Shown here: positions 50,279 to 59,582 of the stretch, piece after piece
Numbering within the stretch: the first letter of the stretch is position 1
Layout of the letters: every line of letters begins with the position of its first letter
DNA from: Candidatus Hydrogenedentota bacterium
GTDB taxonomy: Bacteria; Hydrogenedentota; Hydrogenedentia; Hydrogenedentales; SLHB01
NCBI GenBank assembly: GCA_045863295.1
Contig: BTWA01000028.1
Location: forward strand, 22,228 to 86,227
DNA: 64,000 nt
Reading direction: 5' to 3'
Notes under the pieces: generated by a model
Seen by the model: only the letters and a program-made list of their open reading frames with translations
Database searches by the model: none
What the model was told of the DNA's origin: nothing
Position numbers and translations under genes: made by a program

Positions 50279-51994
50279 TTGCAGACTATTCACGAAGTCC
50301 CACTACATCCAGTCTCCGGATGGATTTCGGCGCTCGCGCAACCAACATTACGCGTACGCCATCAATTCGAATCTGTATGGGGAGGCGACGAGGAAGTCCT
50401 GCATGGCCGCTTGCGACAAGTTCAAAACGCATTGGGTCTCTTTCTCGAACGGTATGGAAATCTGCCGGTCGTTATAGTCCGGTGCCCAGGCCGGATTAAC
50501 CTGCGCGGCATGCATGTCGACACCCACGGCGGCTATCTAAATCTGGTTACTCATCATCGGGAAGCCGTAATCGTTGCATCTCCGACGGAAAATCGGCGTA
50601 TCGAAGTCTGTAATGCGGATGCCACCTATGATCCTGTTGCGTTTGATATGGATGATTCCTGCGTTCCGAAGGGGCACCGTTGGTATTCGTTTATTACATC
50701 CGATGAGATTCGTCAGCGATTAGCAGAGCGCCCGGGATTCTGGGGGCACTATCTGGAAGGCGCGGCTCTTCGCATGCAATACGGTCAGCCGGAAAGGCCG
50801 ATCCGCGGAATGCGGGCAGTCGCTGCAAGTGACATCCCCTGCGGCGCTGGACTCAGCTCATCCACCGCGCTAGTTCTCGCCACCTTGGGCGCGCTTATGC
50901 ATGTGAACGAAGTCGTGTGGAGCCCGAGCGAAACCATTCTCGCCGCCCGCGATAGTGAATGGTACGCAGGTGCGCGCATTGGTGTCAGCGATCAGGCGGC
51001 CATGGTATTGGGCGGCCGCAACAGGCTTTACCATGCGGCGCTTTACGCGGAAGCCCGATCGGCTGACAGTCACGAGGAACCAGCCCTCGAAATCCGCAAT
51101 AGCCGGCATTGCGAATTGCCCGGTGACATGGCCATCCTTGTAGTCAATTCACGTACGAGACGCCACTTGAGCGGTGCGGCCTTGGTTGAGTACACGCAAA
51201 ACCGGTTTGCTTACTCCATGGCGCTCGAAATCCTTCGGCAGGAAATGACACGCGCCGGCGTGGACGCGGAAATTGCCAATCGCTACAACCGCCTTTCCGC
51301 GTTTGATGTAGATGGCCTTGGCATGATCGGCGGCATTTCGAAATTGTACAGCTTGCTAACCGCGGTTCCTCGTTACATCAGCGTTTCCCAGTTGGAATGT
51401 AAGTATCATCTGCCTCGCCTGAATGGCCTGTATATGCAGGCATTTGGTATGTTGCCCGAGCAGTCCCGCCCCACGAACATAAATTTACGTGGACCGCTGT
51501 TATTCGGAATTGCCGAGTCCGAGCGGGCACGCCTTTTCTTTGGCGCGGCTGCCAACCGGGACTGGACGGCCGCCGGTCAATGGATGTCTCTCGGCCACGA
51601 TGGAGACCGGCGCTACGATAGCCTGGGGCTACCTTGGAATTGGGACTGTACGGACTCCCTTATGGAAGCTCTCCAACAGAACGCCACCCCATTGGCCACC
51701 TGCCCCGGACGGTATGGGGCAAGCAGCCGGTTTCTGGACGGTCTGGTGGATGCGGCTATGGAGGCGGGCGCACTGGGGGCATGCCTAACTGGTGCGGGAA
51801 TCGCCGGAAGTGTAATTGCGCTTGTCCGCGCCCAAGAAGTGAATACGGTTGCGGACTGCCTTCGCCGGACCATGGCATCAACCGAATATGCCGCATGGTG
51901 TGGTGGACAGGTGCCCTTGGAAACGGCTGATCTGGCTGATTCCGTTGTTGTAAACCATGCCACGGAAGGCCTTTGCGCCCTACAGGTGCCCTGA
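50279..51994 (+). CDS. GHMP sugar kinase, galactokinase-like (divergent)
   Basis: PGRINLRGMHVD, IPCGAGLSSS, SDQ, LTGAGIAG. Confidence 0.8.
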   Translation: MQTIHEVPLHPVSGWISALAQPTLRVRHQFESVWGGDEEVLHGRLRQVQNALGLFLERYGNLPVVIVRCPGRINLRGMHVDTHGGYLNLVTHHREAVIVASPTENRRIEVCNADATYDPVAFDMDDSCVPKGHRWYSFITSDEIRQRLAERPGFWGHYLEGAALRMQYGQPERPIRGMRAVAASDIPCGAGLSSSTALVLATLGALMHVNEVVWSPSETILAARDSEWYAGARIGVSDQAAMVLGGRNRLYHAALYAEARSADSHEEPALEIRNSRHCELPGDMAILVVNSRTRRHLSGAALVEYTQNRFAYSMALEILRQEMTRAGVDAEIANRYNRLSAFDVDGLGMIGGISKLYSLLTAVPRYISVSQLECKYHLPRLNGLYMQAFGMLPEQSRPTNINLRGPLLFGIAESERARLFFGAAANRDWTAAGQWMSLGHDGDRRYDSLGLPWNWDCTDSLMEALQQNATPLATCPGRYGASSRFLDGLVDAAMEAGALGACLTGAGIAGSVIALVRAQEVNTVADCLRRTMASTEYAAWCGGQVPLETADLADSVVVNHATEGLCALQVP

Positions 51995-52774
51995 CTCTAA
52001 TGCAATGCCTGCCATAACGCCTGTCCTGGCGCGAAACGTCCTGAAAGGGCGGTCTTTTCCCACCCCCCATATTCCGCCATAAGTTGGCACTGGCATTTGA
52101 CTTTCCTTGACGGTTCCTACCCCATCTGCTAGACTTTCCGACAAATGCGACAAATCCCTGCCGTGTTCGACAAGTTGAGGAAATTTGGAACCTAATATTG
52201 AACTGGGAACCCAATATTTGTTGTAGCTAACGGCAAGCCGCCCAGAGCGGAAGTCGATCGGCTATCGTGAGGGTTCCCCCTTGGTGGATGGGTTCAATAG
52301 AATTTCCTCGCTACCGGCACAGGGCGGGGCAGCATTTTGAAGGCAGATTTCACCACGCGTCGCGCGTGGTGAAATTTGCTTGTCCACCCGCCATCGTGTG
52401 GCACGAGTGGGCAACGATTGAGGTACGGTTCACGGATTGCCAGTCTTGGAATTGCTGCTATTCTTGACCAAACTTGATCGAATCGGCGCGTAGTTCATTT
52501 TTTTCACAGACGAATCAGCACAAGATGAAGGGGTGGGGATCTATTTGTCCACAACAAAATGATGTGTAGATGAATCATTTTTGTCGAATATATTAGTTAG
52601 CGCACTTTGTATATTATTTGTAATTTTTATTTTGTCCCTTCCGTGTTATAATTTGATTGTCAAAGCTGCAAGCAGGGGCTTTCGGTTGCGTAAATTCCGA
52701 TGGCCCCTAGAATTACTTCAGTACCGCAATGTGGGTCAGCGATTTGTGGGTGCATAAAAAGGACAAGATAAGTC

Positions 52775-52803
52775 TTGACAAAATCTCATATTATTGCTAA
52801 CAT
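52775..52803 (+). promoter_or_regulatory. Sigma70-like promoter of the pil operon
   Basis: TTGACA-N17-TAACAT with extended -10 TG. Confidence 0.6.
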
Positions 52804-52908
52804 CAAAACGATACAGACCTCTATGGGCGAAGCCTTGGAGTGCGCGCGAATGCTGTGGGGTGTTCGCGTATCGGGGCGCAACCGGCTGCTTAGCGGCCTT
52901 GAGGTTGT

Positions 52909-54150
52909 TTGAACGTGCTGTTCGCAAAACCCACCAAGGCAATAGGCCTCGATGTCGGGACGCATTCCGTAAAGGCCGTCCAGATGTCCAAGGCGAGTGG
53001 TCGCTTACGCGTTGAACGCGTAGGGTACGCCTTGATTGATCGAGGCGAGTTCAACCTCGATCCGGTTCGTGCCCAGGCAATGGCTGTTCGAGAAGCATTG
53101 CGCGTTATCCCCACCAATCAATCTATTGTACTGGGCGCTCTGCCCGGCCAAACAGTTGTCATACGTTATCCCCGGCTACAAGATCTGCCCGACAATCAAT
53201 TGTCAGCGGCGGTAGAGAAAGAGGCGGGGCAAAATATCCCTTATGAATTGTCGGAAGTATTTCTTGACTGGTCGCCCCTCGCGAAAATCACCGAAGGCAA
53301 CAAGACCCTTAACAAAGTATTGTTGGTGGCGGCTCGATACGAAATTATTGACTCGCGTGTGCAAGTGGCGGAAGAGGCTGGAATTCAGTTTTCCACGTTG
53401 GGTGTGGACAGCCTGGCACTTGCGGACGCGGCGGAAGCGTGCGACTTTCTACGCGTGGGCGAATCGGTTGCCATGGTCAACCTGGGCAGTTCGAGCACCA
53501 GTATTCATTTTGTGAAAGACGGCGTCTCGAATTTCATCCGAGACGTAAACTGGGGTGCGCGCGAGTTGCTACAGGCCATTATGAAAGCGCGCCGGTGCGA
53601 ATTTGCGGAGGCGGAACGTCTGCTTCAGGCGAGCAGTGTGCCGGAGCCGATTCCAGCCCCGCCCCCGCTTCCAGGGCAAAGCGCTCCGGAGTCCGCGGAA
53701 CCGGAAAAGCCGGCCGCGCCTTCGGGTGGAAATTTGCTGGACCCCTTGGATGATGAATTGGGTGCGTTGGGGGCTCTGGGGGATTTGGCGGCCGAACCCG
53801 CACCGGCAGCCGCACCCACGAAACCGCAGCCGCAAGAAAAGTCGATAGACGAACTTATTTCTCTTCCCCTGGCCAAGCTGGTCAGCGAGTTGCGCCGCTC
53901 TTTTGACTATTACGAGCAGCAATTGTACGAACAGCCGGTGGATCGGCTGATTCTGAGCGGAGGTTCCGCCGAATTGCCGCTGGTGCACAACATGCTTGCG
54001 GAAGAATTGAGCATACCGGTTGAAGTGGCCGATCCTTCGCAAAGCGCGATATACCTGAACGAGGAGTCGCAGGTGTATCCGATGTTGGAGCATCCACCGC
54101 AGTTTATGGTTGCGGTGGGGCTCGCAGCGCGTGGAGTGGCAGAACTATGA
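52909..54150 (+). CDS. pilM: Type IV pilus assembly protein PilM
   Basis: IGLDVGTHSVK actin-like fold, VLLVAA, RRSFDYY, ILSGG, VAVGLAAR. Confidence 0.93.
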   Translation: MNVLFAKPTKAIGLDVGTHSVKAVQMSKASGRLRVERVGYALIDRGEFNLDPVRAQAMAVREALRVIPTNQSIVLGALPGQTVVIRYPRLQDLPDNQLSAAVEKEAGQNIPYELSEVFLDWSPLAKITEGNKTLNKVLLVAARYEIIDSRVQVAEEAGIQFSTLGVDSLALADAAEACDFLRVGESVAMVNLGSSSTSIHFVKDGVSNFIRDVNWGARELLQAIMKARRCEFAEAERLLQASSVPEPIPAPPPLPGQSAPESAEPEKPAAPSGGNLLDPLDDELGALGALGDLAAEPAPAAAPTKPQPQEKSIDELISLPLAKLVSELRRSFDYYEQQLYEQPVDRLILSGGSAELPLVHNMLAEELSIPVEVADPSQSAIYLNEESQVYPMLEHPPQFMVAVGLAARGVAEL

Positions 54151-54818
54151 TTCGCATCAATCTGCTTCCCCATCACCTGCGTCCCATCAAGCGGACTCCG
54201 TTGCCGTACATCTTGAGCGGTGCGGTGTTGGTTGTGGCGGTGCTTGCGGTGGCAAGCAACTTCATTGCGATTCGCGCTCAGTTGGCCTCCAAACAGGGCC
54301 AATTGCAGAACTATCAGGCGGAATTGGACGAATTGGATGCAATCATCAAGGAATCAGACCGTCTGGAAAGCCTGAAAGTGGGCTTGGCGGAAAAGATTGC
54401 CACGATCGATGAGATTGTGCGCGACCGCATTATCTGGTCGCGTGAGTTATATAACCTGAGCCGTTTGCTTCCCAAGAACATGTGGTTTCGCCGGGTGGAA
54501 GTGACGAAACGATCGTTTACCGAGCGGGTACCTGATCTGGATCCCAAGGGCATGCCTAAAGTGGATCCGAATACAAAGCAACCGATAATGAAAGAGATAC
54601 GTCGTGACCGGCCAATCCTGCGGGTATCGGGTTATGTCACGGATACGATTACAGGATCGGATGATTTGACGCCGTTCATTGCCAATGTCTCGGACGATTC
54701 GGAATTCACCGCGCGCTTCACGTTGGAACCGCCGGAACTGGGCAGCACGACGTTTGAGGGATTTGAAGTGAATTCGTTCTCTCTGGATTTCCTGATTGAA
54801 GAAGGAGGGAACCAGTGA
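54147..54818 (+). CDS. pilN: Type IV pilus assembly protein PilN
   Basis: IRINLLP motif, TM helix, coiled coil, LPKNMW. Confidence 0.9.
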   Translation: MIRINLLPHHLRPIKRTPLPYILSGAVLVVAVLAVASNFIAIRAQLASKQGQLQNYQAELDELDAIIKESDRLESLKVGLAEKIATIDEIVRDRIIWSRELYNLSRLLPKNMWFRRVEVTKRSFTERVPDLDPKGMPKVDPNTKQPIMKEIRRDRPILRVSGYVTDTITGSDDLTPFIANVSDDSEFTARFTLEPPELGSTTFEGFEVNSFSLDFLIEEGGNQ

Positions 54819-55426
54819 TGTTCGATTCCATGAAAGGAACGGTTACCCGGAACGACTGGATTGCGGTGGGCGTCGTGTTGGCGATTACCGTCGCCATCGT
54901 GGCGGGTTATTGGTTTGGCGTTCGCGGAAAGCAGTTGCAGCAGATTACTGACATCGACACGAAGATTGCGACGGTGGAAAAGGATCTTCGCGAAGCGCAG
55001 GAGAAGCAGAAAAACATTGCCAAGCTCCGCGAAGAGACCGACAAGATCAACCGGCTGGTTTCGGATTTCGAGAAAAGACTACCTTCCGAGCGCGAAATCC
55101 TGGGTTTGGTAGGCACGTTTGAGCAATTCGCATTTCAAGTGAGCCTTCGCCACCAGTTGAAGCCGGAAACGCCCGTGAAAGACGAACGCAAGGAAACGAT
55201 TCCCTATAGCGTGACGGTGTGGGGCGATTTCCACCAGATCGCGAGTTTTATCAACCGCCTGGAGCGGTATGAACGGTATTTGAAAGTGTCCAACCTTTTG
55301 ATAGAGCAACAGGAAGCGGGCCTTTCCAAGGCGACCTTTACGTTAAGTACGTTCCGATTTCTGGGCAAGGCGGCCACGCCGGTCCCGCAAACGGCGGCTG
55401 CTCCCGCGGCGGGAGTCGCCCAATGA
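54815..55426 (+). CDS. pilO: Type IV pilus assembly protein PilO
   Basis: TM helix, coiled coil, LPSEREI, GDFHQIASF..LE..R; operon position. Confidence 0.88.
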   Translation: MMFDSMKGTVTRNDWIAVGVVLAITVAIVAGYWFGVRGKQLQQITDIDTKIATVEKDLREAQEKQKNIAKLREETDKINRLVSDFEKRLPSEREILGLVGTFEQFAFQVSLRHQLKPETPVKDERKETIPYSVTVWGDFHQIASFINRLERYERYLKVSNLLIEQQEAGLSKATFTLSTFRFLGKAATPVPQTAAAPAAGVAQ

Positions 55427-56064
55427 GCCGGGAACAGAAGAGCCAGACACCCAAGTATGTTGCGCTGGGCGTTTTAGGTGTTGCGGCGCTCGGGATTCTG
55501 GGATACCAGATGATGAACATGATGCCCGCCGCGCCCCCTCCGCCGCCTGCCGATGCGAATGCGGCGTCCGCCGAGGCCACGCCCGGTGCGCCAGCCAGCA
55601 CGGCGCCCGCGGCAGGATCACCTGCGGCAGGATCGCCGGCGGCCCAGACGGTGCAGTCCCGTTTTCAACGATCAAATGTCAATCTCGACGAGTTGATTGC
55701 GAAGATTCAAGACATTGACTTTGACTATGACGTAGACAAGGTGGACGTCGATCCGTTTCGTCCGTTGGTCGGCCCCATGGCGCCGGCGCAATTCGCGGTA
55801 CAGACCGGCACGTCCGGTCCGGGCCTTGGCGCGATGGAGTTGTTCCTTCGCAGTGTGTCGGTCACGGGAATCATCATGAATCCGAACCGGCCGCTGGCGG
55901 TCGTGAATTACCGCGACATGGCGACCAATCAGGACGCCTCCGAAGTAGCTTACATCGGCTTCATGTTCCCGAACACGGGCGTGTACGTTGAAGATATCAA
56001 GCCAGAGAGAATCGTCCTCAGGGCAAACGACATAGCGGTTCCCATTGAGTTAAAGGAGCGGTAG
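55423..56064 (+). CDS. PilP-like protein (TM-anchored)
   Basis: DPF motif, VTGII..P.AVV; located between pilO and pilQ; no Cys. Confidence 0.65.
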   Translation: MSREQKSQTPKYVALGVLGVAALGILGYQMMNMMPAAPPPPPADANAASAEATPGAPASTAPAAGSPAAGSPAAQTVQSRFQRSNVNLDELIAKIQDIDFDYDVDKVDVDPFRPLVGPMAPAQFAVQTGTSGPGLGAMELFLRSVSVTGIIMNPNRPLAVVNYRDMATNQDASEVAYIGFMFPNTGVYVEDIKPERIVLRANDIAVPIELKER

Positions 56065-56067
56065 GCG

Positions 56068-59000
56068 ATGCGTCATATCCCACGACTCAGCAGTATGCTG
56101 GCGTTGCTCGTGATTGGCGCCGCAACGGTGTTCCCCGTAGACGCGGCAGAGCCACTCGATCAACGAAAACGCGAATTGCTGGAGACCAGCCTTATGAAGC
56201 AGGGCCAGACCCTGAGCAGGCCGGTGCTCATGGACTCCGCGCAGCGGGCCGCCGCCATCACGGGACTGACATTTACGGACGATCCGGATCGCCCTGCCCT
56301 GGCGATTCAGGTTGAAGGGGACGCACCGTATACCTGGTTCCACCTTAACGACGGCAAACGGTTTGTTTTAGACCTTCACAATACAATCAATCTCGAGTCG
56401 GGCCGTGTAATCAAGACGGAATCCCAATCGGCGGTGCGCGAGGTTCGCACGAGCCTGTTCGCGTTTGAGCCGCAGTTTGTTTCGCGAGTGGTGGTGGAGG
56501 CCTCAGCCCCGCTCCAACCGGCCTTTGTCAAAGAGAACGGCCTTCTTCGCGTCGAACTGACCGTAAACGGTAGCAGCGAGTCAAGCCGCCTCGCTACCCT
56601 ATTGGACTTGCAGGAACAGGAAGTACTGGCCGCAAAATCCCGTATGGCTGAAGCTGGCCGGCGTGCCGCGGCCGAACGCGATCGCATGGATGTCCGGTTG
56701 TCGGCGGTTTCCACGTCCGGAAAAGAATCGCTGAGTTCGGTGGAAACCGAATTTGAAAAGCAGTTTGCGTCCATATCGAAGATGTTGGACGAAACGGCAT
56801 CTCTGGCGCTGGACCGCGTTGCGGCGTGCAAATCAAAGGCTGACGAAATCGAAAGCCGGATGGCATCCGGGCAGGTGACGGAAAGTGCCGGGGCCGATGC
56901 GTTGCGCGCACTGCGTGAGGGCGCCCTCGCTGAACACAAGAAGACAGTGGGCGCGTTGAAATCACATGATCGTGCATTGAAAGTGGCCACCGACCGTTTG
57001 AGCAACAAGCTGGACATCATTGCAAAGAACGTGGAAACGAGTACGGAGTTCGCAACGACGGAGCCTGTACTTGCATCTCTGGATATCGAGAAGGTCGAGG
57101 TCGCACCCGATGCTCAGGCGTCGATTCATGTTGACATGACGGTGATGGGCCCGCCCGCGCCAATGCAAATGGCCGCCGCGGCCGTACCGTACGGCCCCTG
57201 GATACCGTTGTCTGCCGCAGGCGAACAACAGCCCCAGACGGACGAAGAGAAAAAAGAATTTGATTCCATGCGCAGCCTCTTTGACAGCCTGAACGAAGGC
57301 GATCAAGGCGTGGCAGCGCCTGCGCCCGAAGGCGAGCCAGCCCCGGTAGACGACCCGGCGCCCACCGAAGATTCCGCGCCTGATAATTCAAAGACCGACG
57401 TTGTCGCGCCTGCGCCGACTATTGTGGAACCGGCCCCGGCCGACCGCGCTCCCGATGCGGAGCCCGAAGTGAAAGTAGCTCCGGAAGCCGCGCCTCAATC
57501 CACTCAACCGGTGGACGAACAACCCGCACCAGAGGCCCCCGCGGCCGATGCGCCTTCGGCCCCGGTGGAAGCGGCGCCGGTTATCGCGGAGGAGCCCGTA
57601 GTCGCAGCAGTGGACACCGAAACTCAAGCACCCGAGGCTGAAACCGTGGAAGCGGCCGCGCCGCAATCCGATACGGCAACACCGGCGGACGAATCGGCTG
57701 CCGCGGAACCGGCGGCAGTGGAAGAAACCCCTTCGGAAGAAGCGGCCGCGCCGGAATCCCCCACTCCGGTCTCTGAACCTTCGGGTTTGCGCGTTGAAAT
57801 GAATGTGGAACCGAGTGCGCCGGCCGCGCCGCCGGCAACTCCTGCCGCGAGCGCACCCATCGTCATGCCAGCGGTTGTACAATCGGAAGGCAGCCGCGAT
57901 GCGCTGGACACAATAGTCGATGTCGTCGACTTCCGCGACATGGACCTGAAGGAAGTGGTGCCGCTGCTCGCTGAAGCAGCCAACGTGAACGTAATTGCAG
58001 GCGCCGACGTTGTTGGAACGGTAAATTTCCGTGCTCGCAATGTGACATTGCGTCAAGCGCTGGAAACCGTGCTCAATATCAACAATCTCGGCCTGGTCGA
58101 AGACAAGGGCATTTTCCGCGTCGTTCCCCGGGCGGATGCGTTGGCCGCGCACCGCGTGACCCGCATGGTGCCTTTGGTCAATGGCAAGGCGGAAGCGGTG
58201 AAGCAGACGTTGGATGCAGTCGTAATCGGATCGCCGGACGCGGAGTTGGTGACGGTGGCGGCCAACGCGGCGACAAACGTCATCGTGCTTGCGGGCGTCA
58301 AAGACCGTGTGGACGAATTTGAACAACTGGTCCGGCAACTGGACGTGACGGAGCCGGAGTTGCCGACCGCCACGGAAGCGCTAAAACTGAACTACCTGGA
58401 TCCGACTGAGGCCAAGACGATTGTGACTTCGATGTTGACGCCCGAAATCGGCAAATCCGAAGCGGACGTGCGGGGCCGTCACATCATCGTCACCGACCAA
58501 CCGATGGTGGTGGAGCAGATTCGGGCCGTACTGAAGAGCATTGACACGCCTACCAAGCAGGTCAGCATTGAGGCCATGATTATTGACGCGATTCTGCGCG
58601 ACTCCGCGCAAACCGGCGTGGACTGGACCATAGAAGCGTTGCGCCGGTTCAGTACGAACGGCGATCTCGTCAGCGACGTATCGCAACTGCAGTTCGACGG
58701 CAACCTCGGTAACGTTGGATCGGGTGATTTGGATGCAGGCATTCTTACGCTGGGTCTCTTGACCAGCGAGGTTCGAGTGCAGGCCGCGATTGCCGCGGAA
58801 GTGGCAAACAACAACGCGCAGATTCTGGCGAATCCCAGCGTAGTCACGTTGGAGAACAAGCCAGCGACCATTAGCATCGTGCAAGAATTTCCGTATCAGG
58901 AAATTACACAAGGTCTGACGGGCCCGCCCGTAGCCTCGACCGAGTTCAAGCCCATTGGCGTGTCCCTCGATGTAACTCCTGCGGTCACCCATGACAATGA

Positions 59001-59433
59001 CATTATCGTCGAGATTCTGGCCAAGCAAAGCTCGGTGAGCGGTGTGACCGATACGGGAGTGCCCATCGAAGACAAGCGCGAAGCGGATACCACGTTGCGC
59101 ACCCAGAACGGCCAGACGGTGTTTATCGGCGGTCTGCGCCGCATCGATGACGTGCTAGGCGTATCGAAAGTGCCTGTGCTGGGTGATATCCCGGTAATCA
59201 ACTTCATGTTCCGGAACACGACGTCGGAGAAGACGAATACGGAGTTGCTGATATTCCTCACCTGCAATGTGAAGGAACCGGCCCTGCCGAATCTGACGAC
59301 GACGGAGCAATACGAGTACGACAAGTTGGATGCGACTCCCAAGGTGCCGGATGCGCAACGGCAAATGTACAAGGATTACGTGAAGCCTCATACCACACGC
59401 GACCCGCTGTGGAAATGGCGTCGAACGAACTAG
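56068..59433 (+). CDS. pilQ: Secretin PilQ with AMIN-like domain and long acidic linker
   Basis: RFVLDL (AMIN-like), DFRDMDL (N0), QVSIEAMI, ILANPSVVTLEN, KVPVLGDIP..FMFR, ELLIFLT. Confidence 0.92.
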   Translation: MRHIPRLSSMLALLVIGAATVFPVDAAEPLDQRKRELLETSLMKQGQTLSRPVLMDSAQRAAAITGLTFTDDPDRPALAIQVEGDAPYTWFHLNDGKRFVLDLHNTINLESGRVIKTESQSAVREVRTSLFAFEPQFVSRVVVEASAPLQPAFVKENGLLRVELTVNGSSESSRLATLLDLQEQEVLAAKSRMAEAGRRAAAERDRMDVRLSAVSTSGKESLSSVETEFEKQFASISKMLDETASLALDRVAACKSKADEIESRMASGQVTESAGADALRALREGALAEHKKTVGALKSHDRALKVATDRLSNKLDIIAKNVETSTEFATTEPVLASLDIEKVEVAPDAQASIHVDMTVMGPPAPMQMAAAAVPYGPWIPLSAAGEQQPQTDEEKKEFDSMRSLFDSLNEGDQGVAAPAPEGEPAPVDDPAPTEDSAPDNSKTDVVAPAPTIVEPAPADRAPDAEPEVKVAPEAAPQSTQPVDEQPAPEAPAADAPSAPVEAAPVIAEEPVVAAVDTETQAPEAETVEAAAPQSDTATPADESAAAEPAAVEETPSEEAAAPESPTPVSEPSGLRVEMNVEPSAPAAPPATPAASAPIVMPAVVQSEGSRDALDTIVDVVDFRDMDLKEVVPLLAEAANVNVIAGADVVGTVNFRARNVTLRQALETVLNINNLGLVEDKGIFRVVPRADALAAHRVTRMVPLVNGKAEAVKQTLDAVVIGSPDAELVTVAANAATNVIVLAGVKDRVDEFEQLVRQLDVTEPELPTATEALKLNYLDPTEAKTIVTSMLTPEIGKSEADVRGRHIIVTDQPMVVEQIRAVLKSIDTPTKQVSIEAMIIDAILRDSAQTGVDWTIEALRRFSTNGDLVSDVSQLQFDGNLGNVGSGDLDAGILTLGLLTSEVRVQAAIAAEVANNNAQILANPSVVTLENKPATISIVQEFPYQEITQGLTGPPVASTEFKPIGVSLDVTPAVTHDNDIIVEILAKQSSVSGVTDTGVPIEDKREADTTLRTQNGQTVFIGGLRRIDDVLGVSKVPVLGDIPVINFMFRNTTSEKTNTELLIFLTCNVKEPALPNLTTTEQYEYDKLDATPKVPDAQRQMYKDYVKPHTTRDPLWKWRRTN

Positions 59434-59452
59434 GATTCACCCGCGAAACGAT

Positions 59453-59494
59453 CGGCGCGGCGGATTACCCAGGAAACCCGCGCCGTTATTTTTT
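59453..59494 (+). terminator. Intrinsic terminator after pilQ
   Basis: CGGCGCGG..CCGCGCCG followed by TTATTTTTT. Confidence 0.65.
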
Positions 59495-59582
59495 GGGATA
59501 TCGATTCAACATGGTACAATCGAATTTCCGTCAGGTGGGGAATTCAAGCGGTATTGAACAAACGCAACACGGAGACCGGTAC

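Noticed and set aside
52084..52100. Sigma54 site TGGCACTGGCATTTGA
   Set aside because: Lacks GC at the -12 position.
51995..52908. GEMM/c-di-GMP riboswitch upstream of pilM
   Set aside because: No GGCAAACC..GAAA..GACGCAAAG-type core was visible; cmscan would settle it.
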